The position numbers and the translations under genes are program-made. Positions 1 through 8,175 of a stretch of DNA of 39,732 nucleotides are shown here, piece after piece. The stretch lies in the IMG/VR virus record IMGVR_UViG_3300009068_004212, positions 1 through 39,732 of that record. One strand, given 5' to 3'. The notes below the pieces were generated by a model. That model worked only from the letters and a program-made list of their open reading frames with translations, was not told the DNA's origin and did not search any database. The DNA comes from a virus (taxonomy: Duplodnaviria; Caudoviricetes). How positions within the stretch are numbered: the first letter of the stretch is position 1; every line of letters begins with the position of its first letter.

Positions 1-863
1 ATGTTGTTGAGATGTTGGACAATGTGTTACAATACTTTATTGACAATGCTCCTGATGCTATTCATAGGGCTCGTTTTTCTGCTAGTCGTGAGCGTTCGAT
101 TGGTGTCGGTGCTCTTGGATTCCATGCCTACCTTCAGTCGAAGATGATTCCTTGGGAGTCTGCAATGGCTGTGGGGCAAAATAAAAAAATGTTTAAGCAC
201 ATCAGAGAATCATTGGATGTAGCAAATTTGGAACTTGGTGCAGAAAGAGGTGAAGCTCCAGATGCTACAGGTACTGGTCGTAGATTTTCTCATATGACTG
301 CTATTGCACCAAATGCATCAAGTTCCATTATCATGGGCAATACTTCTCCTTCAGTAGAACCATATAGAGCAAATGCATATCGTCAAGATACTCTTTCTGG
401 TTCTTCTTTTGTGAAGAATAAATTTCTTGATAAGATACTGTGGGAAAAGATAGGAAATCATGATCATAATGAACAAGAAATGGCAGACATTTGGTCTTCA
501 ATTATTGCGAATGATGGTTCGGTTCAGCATCTAGAAAATCTCTCTGAATGGGAAAAAGATGTGTTCAAGACTTCAATGGAAATTGATCAGCGGTGGGTAA
601 TTCAACACGCCGCAGATAGACAAGAGTATATTGACCAAGCTCAGTCACTTAATCTTTTCTTTAGACCAGATGTGAATATTAAATATCTTCATGCAACACA
701 TTTTACTGCTTGGAAACAGGGGCTAAAAACTCTTTATTATTGCCGTTCAGAAAAGATCGGTAAAGCTGATAAAGTGAGTAAGAAAATTGAACGAAATATC
801 ATTCAAGAAATTGATCTAAAATCCATAGCTGATGGTGAAGGTTGTCTTGCATGTGAGGGGTGA
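1..863 (+). CDS. nrdA: ribonucleotide reductase class Ia alpha subunit, C-terminal part (5' truncated by window)
   Basis: RSIGVGALG, AIAPNASSS, SPSVEP, DQAQSLNLF, GLKTLYYCRS motifs and C-terminal CLACEG redox cysteines. Confidence 0.97.
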   Translation, partial: VVEMLDNVLQYFIDNAPDAIHRARFSASRERSIGVGALGFHAYLQSKMIPWESAMAVGQNKKMFKHIRESLDVANLELGAERGEAPDATGTGRRFSHMTAIAPNASSSIIMGNTSPSVEPYRANAYRQDTLSGSSFVKNKFLDKILWEKIGNHDHNEQEMADIWSSIIANDGSVQHLENLSEWEKDVFKTSMEIDQRWVIQHAADRQEYIDQAQSLNLFFRPDVNIKYLHATHFTAWKQGLKTLYYCRSEKIGKADKVSKKIERNIIQEIDLKSIADGEGCLACEG

Positions 864-866
864 ATT

Positions 867-1052
867 ATGCCAAAATATGATTATCAATGTGAATCGTGTC
901 AGTGTGCGTTTGAGATTCGAAAGAAAATGAGTGATCCAGATCCTACAGTATGTTTTCTTTGTTTAGTAGGAAATCTTAAAAAAGTAATCAAAAGCGCACC
1001 TGGTGTAGAGTACAAGGGAAGTGGTTGGTTTAGAAAAGACGGAGAGTATTAA
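867..1052 (+). CDS. FmdB-family zinc ribbon protein
   Basis: MPKYDYQCESC...FE...CFLC...YKGSGW pattern. Confidence 0.85.
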   Translation: MPKYDYQCESCQCAFEIRKKMSDPDPTVCFLCLVGNLKKVIKSAPGVEYKGSGWFRKDGEY

Positions 1053-1095
1053 TAAAAAATTCTTGTAAAAATCTCATGTTTGAGCCATGATATTG

Positions 1096-1103
1096 TATAA
1101 ATA
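1096..1103 (+). promoter_or_regulatory. T4-type late promoter TATAAATA inside a 9-bp inverted repeat (1090-1098/1105-1113)
   Basis: Exact TATAAATA upstream of AGGAGG RBS and the endonuclease ATG. Confidence 0.7.
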
Positions 1104-1131
1104 AATACAATATTCAACTAAGGAGGATTAC

Positions 1132-1818
1132 ATGGGAATTCCTTATATCTATAAAATAAAAAGTAAATTGACAGGAAAATATTATGTCGGTATACAATAT
1201 GGCATAAAATCAAATCCTCTTAATTTTTGGAAAACTTATTTTACATCCAACAAATATGTATTAAAAAATATAGATGAATTTTATGTAATTTATGTCAAGC
1301 CTAAGTCCGATGCTATAGAATATGAAAAAAAATTTTTATCTAGAATACATTCATATTATGGAAAAAATAAATTTTGTGAATTGATGATTAATAGAAATTT
1401 GGCTCCTGGAATCGTATTGGATGATTGTGAAAGACAAAAAATTTCTCAAAGAATGAAAATTAAATGGAAAAATGGAGAAATGTCTGAGGCACACAAAAAA
1501 TCAACTGCTACAAGAAAAAATAGAAAATATAACAAAATAGAAAAGAGCATTGAAGAAAGACTCAGAATTTCTGAAAGAATGAAGAAAAATAATCCTATGT
1601 TCAATGATGGCATTAAACGAAAACATGCTGAATCTATGAATTCCATTGAAAGTAAAAAGAAAAAATCAGAAACATCAAAAGGCAATACTTACGTTAAAGG
1701 AAAATCTTGGTATAATGATGGCATAAAATCAAAAATGTTATTTGAATGTCCTGATGGTTGGAATAAAGGCAGATTAAACCCACATTGGAATCACAAAAGA
1801 AATGGTAAAAAAATATGA
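1132..1818 (+). CDS. free-standing homing endonuclease (GIY-YIG/Seg-like with basic NUMOD-type C-terminal region)
   Basis: N-terminal YIYKI...GKYYVG, Lys-rich helical middle, C-terminal GKSWYNDG...PDGWNKGR; very AT-rich; lies between nrdA and nrdB. Confidence 0.75.
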   Translation: MGIPYIYKIKSKLTGKYYVGIQYGIKSNPLNFWKTYFTSNKYVLKNIDEFYVIYVKPKSDAIEYEKKFLSRIHSYYGKNKFCELMINRNLAPGIVLDDCERQKISQRMKIKWKNGEMSEAHKKSTATRKNRKYNKIEKSIEERLRISERMKKNNPMFNDGIKRKHAESMNSIESKKKKSETSKGNTYVKGKSWYNDGIKSKMLFECPDGWNKGRLNPHWNHKRNGKKI

Positions 1819-2801
1819 AAACCAAAGCATTTAAAGAATTAAAATTAACAGATGAAAGGCTCTATTTTAAACCATTCAAATATCCTCAATTTTATGATGC
1901 TTGGTTGAAACATGAACAGTCGCACTGGATTCATAGCGAAGTCCCTATGATTGAAGATGTTAAAGATTGGAAGAAAAAGCTCACTAAACAAGAGCAAACT
2001 TTTTTAACTAACATCTTTAGATTCTTTACTCAAGGCGATATTGATGTTGCTGGTGGATATGTAAAAAATTATCTGCCGTACTTTCCGCAACCTGAAGTGC
2101 GAATGATGCTCTGTGGTTTTGCTGCTCGCGAAGCACTTCATGTTGCTGCATATTCTCATTTGATTGAGACTCTTGGAATGCCCGAGACAACATATAATGA
2201 ATTCATGCAATATGAAGAAATGCGTTCTAAACATGAATTTTTCGCGCAAATCGCTGGGCAAGACGCAAGTACCATTGCTCAACAGATTGCTGCGTTCTCT
2301 GCATTCACTGAAGGTATGCAGTTGTTCTCATCATTCATCATGCTACTTAACTTTCCTCGACATGGAAAGATGAAAGGTATGGGGCAGATCATTACATGGT
2401 CTATTGTTGATGAAACAATGCACGCTGAATCGATGATTAAACTATTCAGAACTTTTATCGAAGAAAATCGAGACATTTGGAAAAATGAATTGAAGTCTGA
2501 AATTTATAAAATTGCTGAAAAGATGGTAGAGCTAGAAGATAGATTTATTGATCTAGCATTTTCAATTGGACCAATGGAGGGATTAAATGGTGATGATGTT
2601 AAGCGTTATATTCGATATATTGCTGATCGTAGGCTCATTTCTCTTGGGCTTAAAGGTATTTTCAAAGTAAAAAAGAATCCTCTTCCTTGGGTGGAAGAAA
2701 TGGTCAATGCGCCCATTCATACTAATTTTTTCGAGAACCGTGCGACGGATTATGCAAAAGGTGCATTGAGTGGTTCTTGGGAAGATGTGTGGGCTGCATA
2801 A
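1815..2801 (+). CDS. nrdB: ribonucleotide reductase class Ia beta subunit
   Basis: FFTQGD, REALHVAAYS, FTEGMQLFSSF, DETMH di-iron motifs, NFFENRATDY tail. Confidence 0.97.
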   Translation: MKTKAFKELKLTDERLYFKPFKYPQFYDAWLKHEQSHWIHSEVPMIEDVKDWKKKLTKQEQTFLTNIFRFFTQGDIDVAGGYVKNYLPYFPQPEVRMMLCGFAAREALHVAAYSHLIETLGMPETTYNEFMQYEEMRSKHEFFAQIAGQDASTIAQQIAAFSAFTEGMQLFSSFIMLLNFPRHGKMKGMGQIITWSIVDETMHAESMIKLFRTFIEENRDIWKNELKSEIYKIAEKMVELEDRFIDLAFSIGPMEGLNGDDVKRYIRYIADRRLISLGLKGIFKVKKNPLPWVEEMVNAPIHTNFFENRATDYAKGALSGSWEDVWAA

Positions 2802-2834
2802 ATAAATTAACATCTCTATGAAAGGAGAACAAAC

Positions 2835-2906
2835 ATGTGGGCTACACCAACATTCGAAGACTTCCGTTTAGGATTTGAAATTTCACTTTACATCAACACT
2901 CGATAA
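2835..2906 (+). CDS. pqqA: PQQ precursor peptide (23 aa, MWATPTFEDFRLGFEISLYINTR)
   Basis: Below the ORF-track size cut-off; AAAGGAG RBS at 2821-2827; MW-x-x-P...RLGFE-x-x-x-Y with the Glu/Tyr pair of PqqA. Confidence 0.93.
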   Translation: MWATPTFEDFRLGFEISLYINTR

Positions 2907-2931
2907 GTATATAATAAAACACATCAACAAC

Positions 2932-2974
2932 ACCCACGACGCCTCTCTATAGAAGCGCACCAGCGTGGGTTTTT
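2932..2974 (+). promoter_or_regulatory. stem-loop with T-tract in the leader of hxlA (terminator/attenuator-like)
   Basis: ACCCACG 2932-2938 pairs with CGTGGGT 2964-2970, inner hairpin, then TTTT; TATAAT at 2910-2915. Confidence 0.5.
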
Positions 2975-2994
2975 AATTCTGAAGGAAATATATA

Positions 2995-3630
2995 ATGGCA
3001 CTAATCCAAGCCGCACTCGATACACTTGATTTTGAACAAACACTCAAACTAGCAAAGGATATTTCCCCTTATGTTGATATCATTGAGCTTGGCACTCCTT
3101 GTATCAAGTTTAATGGAATTCGTTTACTTAAAGAAGTTAAAGCTGCTGTGCCAAACTGCAAAGTTTTAGCAGATCTTAAGACAATGGATGCTGGCTTATA
3201 TGAAGCATCTCCATTCTACGAAGCTGGTGCTGATATCTGCACCGTTCTTGGTGCAGCTGATGCTGGTACCATTAAAGGTGTAGTTGAAGCAGCTAAGTCT
3301 AAAAATGCTCAAGCACAGGTTGATCTGATTAATGTAAAGAATAAACTAGAAACTTTTGCTATTGCTTATGAACTTGGTGCTCATATTATTGGCGTGCATA
3401 CTGGATTAGATCAGCAAGCAAAAGGTCAGACTCCTTTTGAAGACCTAAAGAAAGTTCAGCAAATGAAAGTCGGTCTAAAGATCTCTGTTGCTGGTGGTAT
3501 TAACAAAGATACCATTCGCCAAGCAATCGATGCTGGTGCCGATATTGTTGTAGTAGGTGCAGCGATCTACGGCGCCGCTGATCCTGTTCGTGCTGCCGCT
3601 GAGATTCGGGAAGCTGTTGAACATGGCTAA
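2995..3630 (+). CDS. hxlA: 3-hexulose-6-phosphate synthase (HPS)
   Basis: QAALD, IIELGTPCIK, ADLKTMDAG, HTGLDQQA, VAGG, VGAAIY motifs of methylotroph HPS. Confidence 0.95.
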   Translation: MALIQAALDTLDFEQTLKLAKDISPYVDIIELGTPCIKFNGIRLLKEVKAAVPNCKVLADLKTMDAGLYEASPFYEAGADICTVLGAADAGTIKGVVEAAKSKNAQAQVDLINVKNKLETFAIAYELGAHIIGVHTGLDQQAKGQTPFEDLKKVQQMKVGLKISVAGGINKDTIRQAIDAGADIVVVGAAIYGAADPVRAAAEIREAVEHG

Positions 3631-4189
3631 TTACTCTGATGTTCTTGATATTCTAAGAGACGAACTGCTCTATACCGAAAAAGAAACCTGTCAGCAACTT
3701 ATTGATGTACTTATTCATACGATAAGTCGGAAAGAACATTATCTTGCCGGAAGAGTGTTTATTGCTGCTGCTGGTAGATCTAAGATGGTTGCTAATATGT
3801 TCGCGATGCGAATGATGCATTGTGGATTAAATGTTCAAGTAGTTGGAGAAACCACTACAACTCAGATAACGAGATTTGATTCGCTTCTTCTCGTTTCTGG
3901 TTCAGGCGAGACTAAGCAGTTGATCAATTTTGCTGAGAAGGCAAAGTCAGTTCGTGCTGAAGTATTGTTAGTTACAGCAAGTTCAACGTCTACTCTTAGG
4001 AATATGGCTGATGAGACTTTTCAGATTGGTCCATCAAGTAGAGTTCTATCTCCTGATAAAAATCTTCCTCTTGGTAGCAGGTTTGAACTCTCTACTATGA
4101 TATTTTTTGAGACTGTGATTCTTAATTTCATGGAACAACTTCAATTAAATGAAGATAATCTAAGAAACTGTCATACTAATTTGGAATAA
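3623..4189 (+). CDS. hxlB: 6-phospho-3-hexuloisomerase (PHI, SIS domain)
   Basis: AGRS...FAMRMMH, VVGETTT, SGSGET, LPLGSRFE, C-terminal HTNLE; ATG 3623 overlaps the end of hxlA. Confidence 0.93.
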   Translation: MANYSDVLDILRDELLYTEKETCQQLIDVLIHTISRKEHYLAGRVFIAAAGRSKMVANMFAMRMMHCGLNVQVVGETTTTQITRFDSLLLVSGSGETKQLINFAEKAKSVRAEVLLVTASSTSTLRNMADETFQIGPSSRVLSPDKNLPLGSRFELSTMIFFETVILNFMEQLQLNEDNLRNCHTNLE

Positions 4190-4234
4190 ATAAATAGAGT
4201 AGGGCAATTTCAATTTTTTTCAAGCAGAAAATCA

Positions 4235-4660
4235 ATGGCAAAAACTTTAGTAGAAGCGTCTTCAGAATATATCAGTAAACAAGCTAACGACCTGAAATAT
4301 GCAGGACAACCTTTAGTCGAAGAAACTGACGGCGAGCCTAATCAAAGACAAAGAGAACATTTGAAGAAAATGAGAGATGAACATGGATATGTAGAACAAC
4401 TTGCAAAAGTAGATGCGGCTCGCGGCCATTGGAATAAACATGTAAATCCAAGTTTTAAGAAGCATGACCTTTCGCCTAAATTTGCTGATGCAGTAAATAA
4501 ACATGTAGCTTTACATGGCGATGAAGAAGTGATTAGAAATCATGGTCAGTATGGTTCTCATCCTGATTGGTTTGACCGTAAAACTCAAAAAGTTAAAAAA
4601 CTTAAAGCGGTATATGTTGTAGACAAAAGCGTCGGTGGGGCGATCAATCCAGATTTTTAA
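4235..4660 (+). CDS. hypothetical phage protein (possibly head-associated, late)
   Basis: Clean ORF after TAAATAAATA; charged, His-rich. Confidence 0.6.
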   Translation: MAKTLVEASSEYISKQANDLKYAGQPLVEETDGEPNQRQREHLKKMRDEHGYVEQLAKVDAARGHWNKHVNPSFKKHDLSPKFADAVNKHVALHGDEEVIRNHGQYGSHPDWFDRKTQKVKKLKAVYVVDKSVGGAINPDF

Positions 4661-4991
4661 GTTGTTGGTATGGTCGTATGAAGTAAAGGGAAGGTATTCT
4701 GGACGGCGGGGCAGTGCCGCCCTCGTCCACCAAAAGCATATTGTAAATATGATGCTGTCGAAACACACTGGTTCAGCAATCAATAAATGTTTCGTAAGTA
4801 TGCTTTTGATGGGCGAGAAACAGATTCGACAGGGTAAGATACTGATACAGACGACTCGGTAGGCGATGACCGTAAATCAAGCAAAAAAATAAATGTCGCA
4901 TCTAATGACGACCATTACGAGATGGCTCTAGCAGCCTGATTGTAATTGGGGTTCTTGATGGTTGTTCCTTATTATCCAATACAACCATCAC
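4661..4991 (+). ncRNA. ssrA: two-piece (circularly permuted) tmRNA; tag ASNDDHYEMALAA
   Basis: T-arm GGCGG-GGCAGTG-CCGCC then CTCGTCC-A-CCA (ends 4732); intervening segment paired 4731-4740/4799-4808; 5' piece GGGCGAG (4811) with G3-U70 pair and GATTCGAC; tag ORF 4898-4939; 3' hairpin to ~4991; outer boundaries approximate. Confidence 0.92.
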
Positions 4992-5022
4992 TTCACACAC
5001 AACACACAGAAAAGGAAAATTT

Positions 5023-5280
5023 ATGTCAAACAAAAATCCATTCGAAATCCGTCTTGAACTGCTCAAAATGTCTCGCGAATATCTTGATCAGCAATGGCAA
5101 ATCAACGTAAATCTTGCACATCAAATTCTTGATAAGGTCGTTGATAAATCCATAAAAGATAGCGAAGAAGTTGCTGCACTATGGAACAAGTACGTTCCAG
5201 CTTTTTATTCTATTGACGACATAACAAAGAAAGCAAATGAGCTATATTCTTTCGTGAGTGGTGGTAATTCTACCAAATGA
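5023..5280 (+). CDS. conserved T4-like phage hypothetical protein
   Basis: NPFEIRLELLKM...ANELYSFVS pattern; AAGGA RBS. Confidence 0.75.
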   Translation: MSNKNPFEIRLELLKMSREYLDQQWQINVNLAHQILDKVVDKSIKDSEEVAALWNKYVPAFYSIDDITKKANELYSFVSGGNSTK

Positions 5281-5287
5281 GTTATTC

Positions 5288-5335
5288 GCCATGAATAAAT
5301 AATTAATCTCTTGAGAAAAAGGATTTATTCATGGC
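5288..5335 (+). promoter_or_regulatory. 13-bp inverted repeat sequestering the start codon, with late-promoter-like AATAAATA in the 5' arm
   Basis: GCCATGAATAAAT 5288-5300 is the exact reverse complement of ATTTATTCATGGC 5323-5335. Confidence 0.65.
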
Positions 5336-6641
5336 ACAATTCAGAACTGATAAAAAAATATACTCTACTGTTCATGATGTAACTCGTCATGAAGTTTTCT
5401 TTTTGAATGACAGATTCACGCCATCAGGCACAGCCACTGATGCATTTGGTCGTTTAAGAACTTCTTTTCCATTTACTCTTTTCGATTCATCTCATCGTTA
5501 TCAAGACAATGGGCTTTGGTCTACATCGAATACTTCAGGCAATTCTTCTTTTGCTCACGTTTCAAATCAGAGTCTAATCGCGCTCAACGTAACCACTCAA
5601 TCTAATGCTGAAGTCGTTCGAGAAACTAATCGCGTATTTGCATATCAGCCTGGTAAATCACTTCTTATCATGTCCACATTTGCAATGGAAACTCCAAAGG
5701 CAAACTTGAGACAGAGATTGGGATATTTTGGTGCAGATAATGGAATCTATTTTGAGAATGATGGCACAACCAATTATTTCGTTATTCGAACGAATACGGC
5801 TTCTACAATTTCAGAAACAAGAGTTGCACAATCAAGTTGGAATATCGATAAATTTGATGGCACGGGATATTCTTCACAAGGAGTTGGTGCAGAACATGGT
5901 TCGCTTGATGTATCCAAAACTAATATTTTTTGGACCGATGTTGAATGGCTTGGTGTGGGTGATGTAAGATGTGGTTTTGTTGTTGATGGTCGTCTTGTTC
6001 CTGCTCATATTTTTCATAATGATAATGTCAATCTACTTCCTTATATGACGACGGCGTGTCTTCCTCTTCGATACGAAATCAAGAATACAGGAATCACAGC
6101 AAGCTCTAGTACACTCAAACAAATATGCTCGACTGTAATTTCTGAAGGTGGATATCAACTCTTCGGAACTCAAAGAACTGCACACACTTTAATAACCGCA
6201 TCTAAAAATGCTCCTACCGCGGGCACTTTTGTTCCTGTAGTTTCAATTAGATTAAAATCCGACAGACTCGATGCAATAGCAATTGTGACTGCGCTTTCTG
6301 TTCTAGGAATAGGAACCAATTCGCGTATTCAATGGAGTTTAATAAGAGGCGCAACACTTACTGGAGCTTCTTGGGTATCTTCTGCTCCAGAATCGTCAGT
6401 TGAATATGATATTTCTGCAACTGCTGTTTCTGGTGGTGTTGAATCAGGAACTGGTTTCGTTTCTGTTTCCAATCAATCGTCTGCTACAGTAGATATTCTA
6501 AAAGAGGCTCTTTTTAGAATTCAGTTGGAGCGTAATTCGCTTGCAGTGCCGCCAACGCGCTCAATCATGACTCTTGCCTTCACTGGCGCGAGCAATGGCG
6601 ATAATTGTCTAGGCTCTATTGACTGGGAGGAAATAGGTTAA
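5331..6641 (+). CDS. putative virion structural protein (T4-like cyanophage-type)
   Basis: DAFGRLR...TLFDSSHRY, YQPGKS, EWLGVG, LKQICSTVISEGG motifs; Ser/Thr-rich. Confidence 0.7.
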   Translation: MAQFRTDKKIYSTVHDVTRHEVFFLNDRFTPSGTATDAFGRLRTSFPFTLFDSSHRYQDNGLWSTSNTSGNSSFAHVSNQSLIALNVTTQSNAEVVRETNRVFAYQPGKSLLIMSTFAMETPKANLRQRLGYFGADNGIYFENDGTTNYFVIRTNTASTISETRVAQSSWNIDKFDGTGYSSQGVGAEHGSLDVSKTNIFWTDVEWLGVGDVRCGFVVDGRLVPAHIFHNDNVNLLPYMTTACLPLRYEIKNTGITASSSTLKQICSTVISEGGYQLFGTQRTAHTLITASKNAPTAGTFVPVVSIRLKSDRLDAIAIVTALSVLGIGTNSRIQWSLIRGATLTGASWVSSAPESSVEYDISATAVSGGVESGTGFVSVSNQSSATVDILKEALFRIQLERNSLAVPPTRSIMTLAFTGASNGDNCLGSIDWEEIG

Positions 6642-6654
6642 ATAAATAATCTTC

Positions 6655-7197
6655 ATGAGAAGATTTATTGGCATTGATTATTCTATGACATCCCCCGCAG
6701 TCTCGGTGATTCATTCTGAGACTGATTTTTTTGAATCGCATTTCATTGCATCCAATAAAAAACAAGTGGGCAATATAAAGCCTCATCTTTTTGGTTATGA
6801 ATCGCTTTCTTTTAGTTCAGATATAGAAAGATTTGATGTTCTGTCGAATTGGATTATGGATTGTTGTAAGCCCACAGAGAATGATGTGATATGCATAGAA
6901 GGCTATTCCATGGGATCTGTTGGGCAAGTATTTACTATTGCAGAAAATACTGCTATTCTCAAGTACAAATTGTATGAAAAATCAATAAAGTACAATATTG
7001 TGCCACCCACAACACTCAAAAAGTATGCTACAGGAAAAGGAAACGCAGATAAACTTATGATGTATGAAGCCTTCGTGAATAAAACTGGAATTGATCCAAG
7101 AAAAATTCTCAATTCAAGCGCAAAATTGAGTTCTCCTTTTACTGATATTGCAGATTCTTTTTGGTTAGCCTCTTATGCACAAAATGCCGTCACCTAA
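6655..7197 (+). CDS. RuvC-like Holliday junction resolvase
   Basis: IGIDYS, IEGYS, PTTLKKYATGKGNADK, DIADS acidic motifs. Confidence 0.75.
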   Translation: MRRFIGIDYSMTSPAVSVIHSETDFFESHFIASNKKQVGNIKPHLFGYESLSFSSDIERFDVLSNWIMDCCKPTENDVICIEGYSMGSVGQVFTIAENTAILKYKLYEKSIKYNIVPPTTLKKYATGKGNADKLMMYEAFVNKTGIDPRKILNSSAKLSSPFTDIADSFWLASYAQNAVT

Positions 7198-7438
7198 AAG
7201 TCAACTTCACTACTATATCTCAATTCCCACTGTAGAGTTGGAGAATGGATGGATGATCAAATCATCCATGTGGAAAGACTCTCACATCTTTTTTTTCATT
7301 TACTCAAAATATACTGGGCAGGTCATCATTCGATACTTCGACGAATCGCGAGAGGATATTGCATATGCATTCATCGAGGATTTAATTAGTCGATCAGCTA
7401 AAAAAATATGGAAATTGAATGACGAAGCATCGGAATAA
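7175..7438 (+). CDS. hypothetical protein
   Basis: ORF coupled to neighbours; start uncertain. Confidence 0.55.
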   Translation: MHKMPSPKSQLHYYISIPTVELENGWMIKSSMWKDSHIFFFIYSKYTGQVIIRYFDESREDIAYAFIEDLISRSAKKIWKLNDEASE

Positions 7439-7515
7439 TGCTTCATTGCATCATAAATAAAATTGCCATTTGGCATTCAACAACACACACAAAATCCTAT
7501 TTGGAGTCTCTTCAC

Positions 7516-7659
7516 ATGAAAAACCTTCTTATTGCACTTGCTCTTGTTTCCCTTTCTTTTTCTCTTCCTTACGCTATCGGTGCTGGTTTTGAATCTGCAC
7601 TCAAGCAGCCACAAAGACTCTCATCTACTGTGGATCCCTCTAATATCGCTTGGTTTTGA
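7516..7659 (+). CDS. small secreted/membrane peptide
   Basis: GGAG RBS, signal-like MKNLLIALALVSLSF. Confidence 0.55.
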   Translation: MKNLLIALALVSLSFSLPYAIGAGFESALKQPQRLSSTVDPSNIAWF

Positions 7660-7683
7660 ACTGAAAAGTGTCTATTAAAAAAC

Positions 7684-7691
7684 TATAAATA
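7684..7691 (+). promoter_or_regulatory. T4-type late promoter TATAAATA
   Basis: Exact consensus upstream of the structural/tail operon. Confidence 0.7.
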
Positions 7692-7730
7692 GATAGTGTT
7701 CAGTCTATTCAATTTATAGGAATTTAATTT

Positions 7731-8174
7731 ATGCCGGTTCAAACAGGAATAAGTCAAACTCATACTCCCGTATCAGGGCTCATCGCAGGTTACACTTCAT
7801 CTAATGTTGCTACATTTTTTGCAGTAAGCAACACGGGATCTCTTTTAACTACTGGTGGCTCAGTAGTTGCAAACGCAAATAATTTGGGAGTATTTACTTC
7901 TGCCACAAAAGGTTCTGTCATTCCATCACCATCAAATGGCAACAAAGCTGTTTCAGCTAAAGTCGTAGGTTCTGGAACAGTTTCTGGTGAAGTTTGGATT
8001 TATGGAACTCATGAGAACTCTAATACGGTTGGCATTTTACTTGGGAAAATAGTTTTATCGGGAACAAGCCCAGTCATGGATGGATTTCCATTTGATGCAA
8101 ATTGGAGTTACTTGTTTGCAAATTGTATTTCAGTTTCTTCGAGTTCAACGCTTACCGTGACAGTGGGAGGTTAA
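7731..8174 (+). CDS. putative tail/virion structural protein
   Basis: Gly/Ser/Thr-rich beta-type composition, after late promoter. Confidence 0.55.
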   Translation: MPVQTGISQTHTPVSGLIAGYTSSNVATFFAVSNTGSLLTTGGSVVANANNLGVFTSATKGSVIPSPSNGNKAVSAKVVGSGTVSGEVWIYGTHENSNTVGILLGKIVLSGTSPVMDGFPFDANWSYLFANCISVSSSSTLTVTVGG

Positions 8175-8175
8175 A

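Noticed and set aside
1815-2801. Intron or intein in nrdB
   Set aside because: ORF is continuous and of normal length with all motifs in order
3557-3622. N-terminal extension of PHI given by the ORF track
   Set aside because: Overlaps hxlA by 74 nt; ATG 3623 gives a normal-length, translationally coupled PHI
4705-4732. tRNA gene (T-arm plus CCA)
   Set aside because: No D or anticodon arm upstream; it pairs with 4811-4817 as the tmRNA acceptor piece
4511-4862. ORFs 4635-4862 (+) and 4511-4783 (-)
   Set aside because: They overlap the tmRNA and have no RBS or recognisable product
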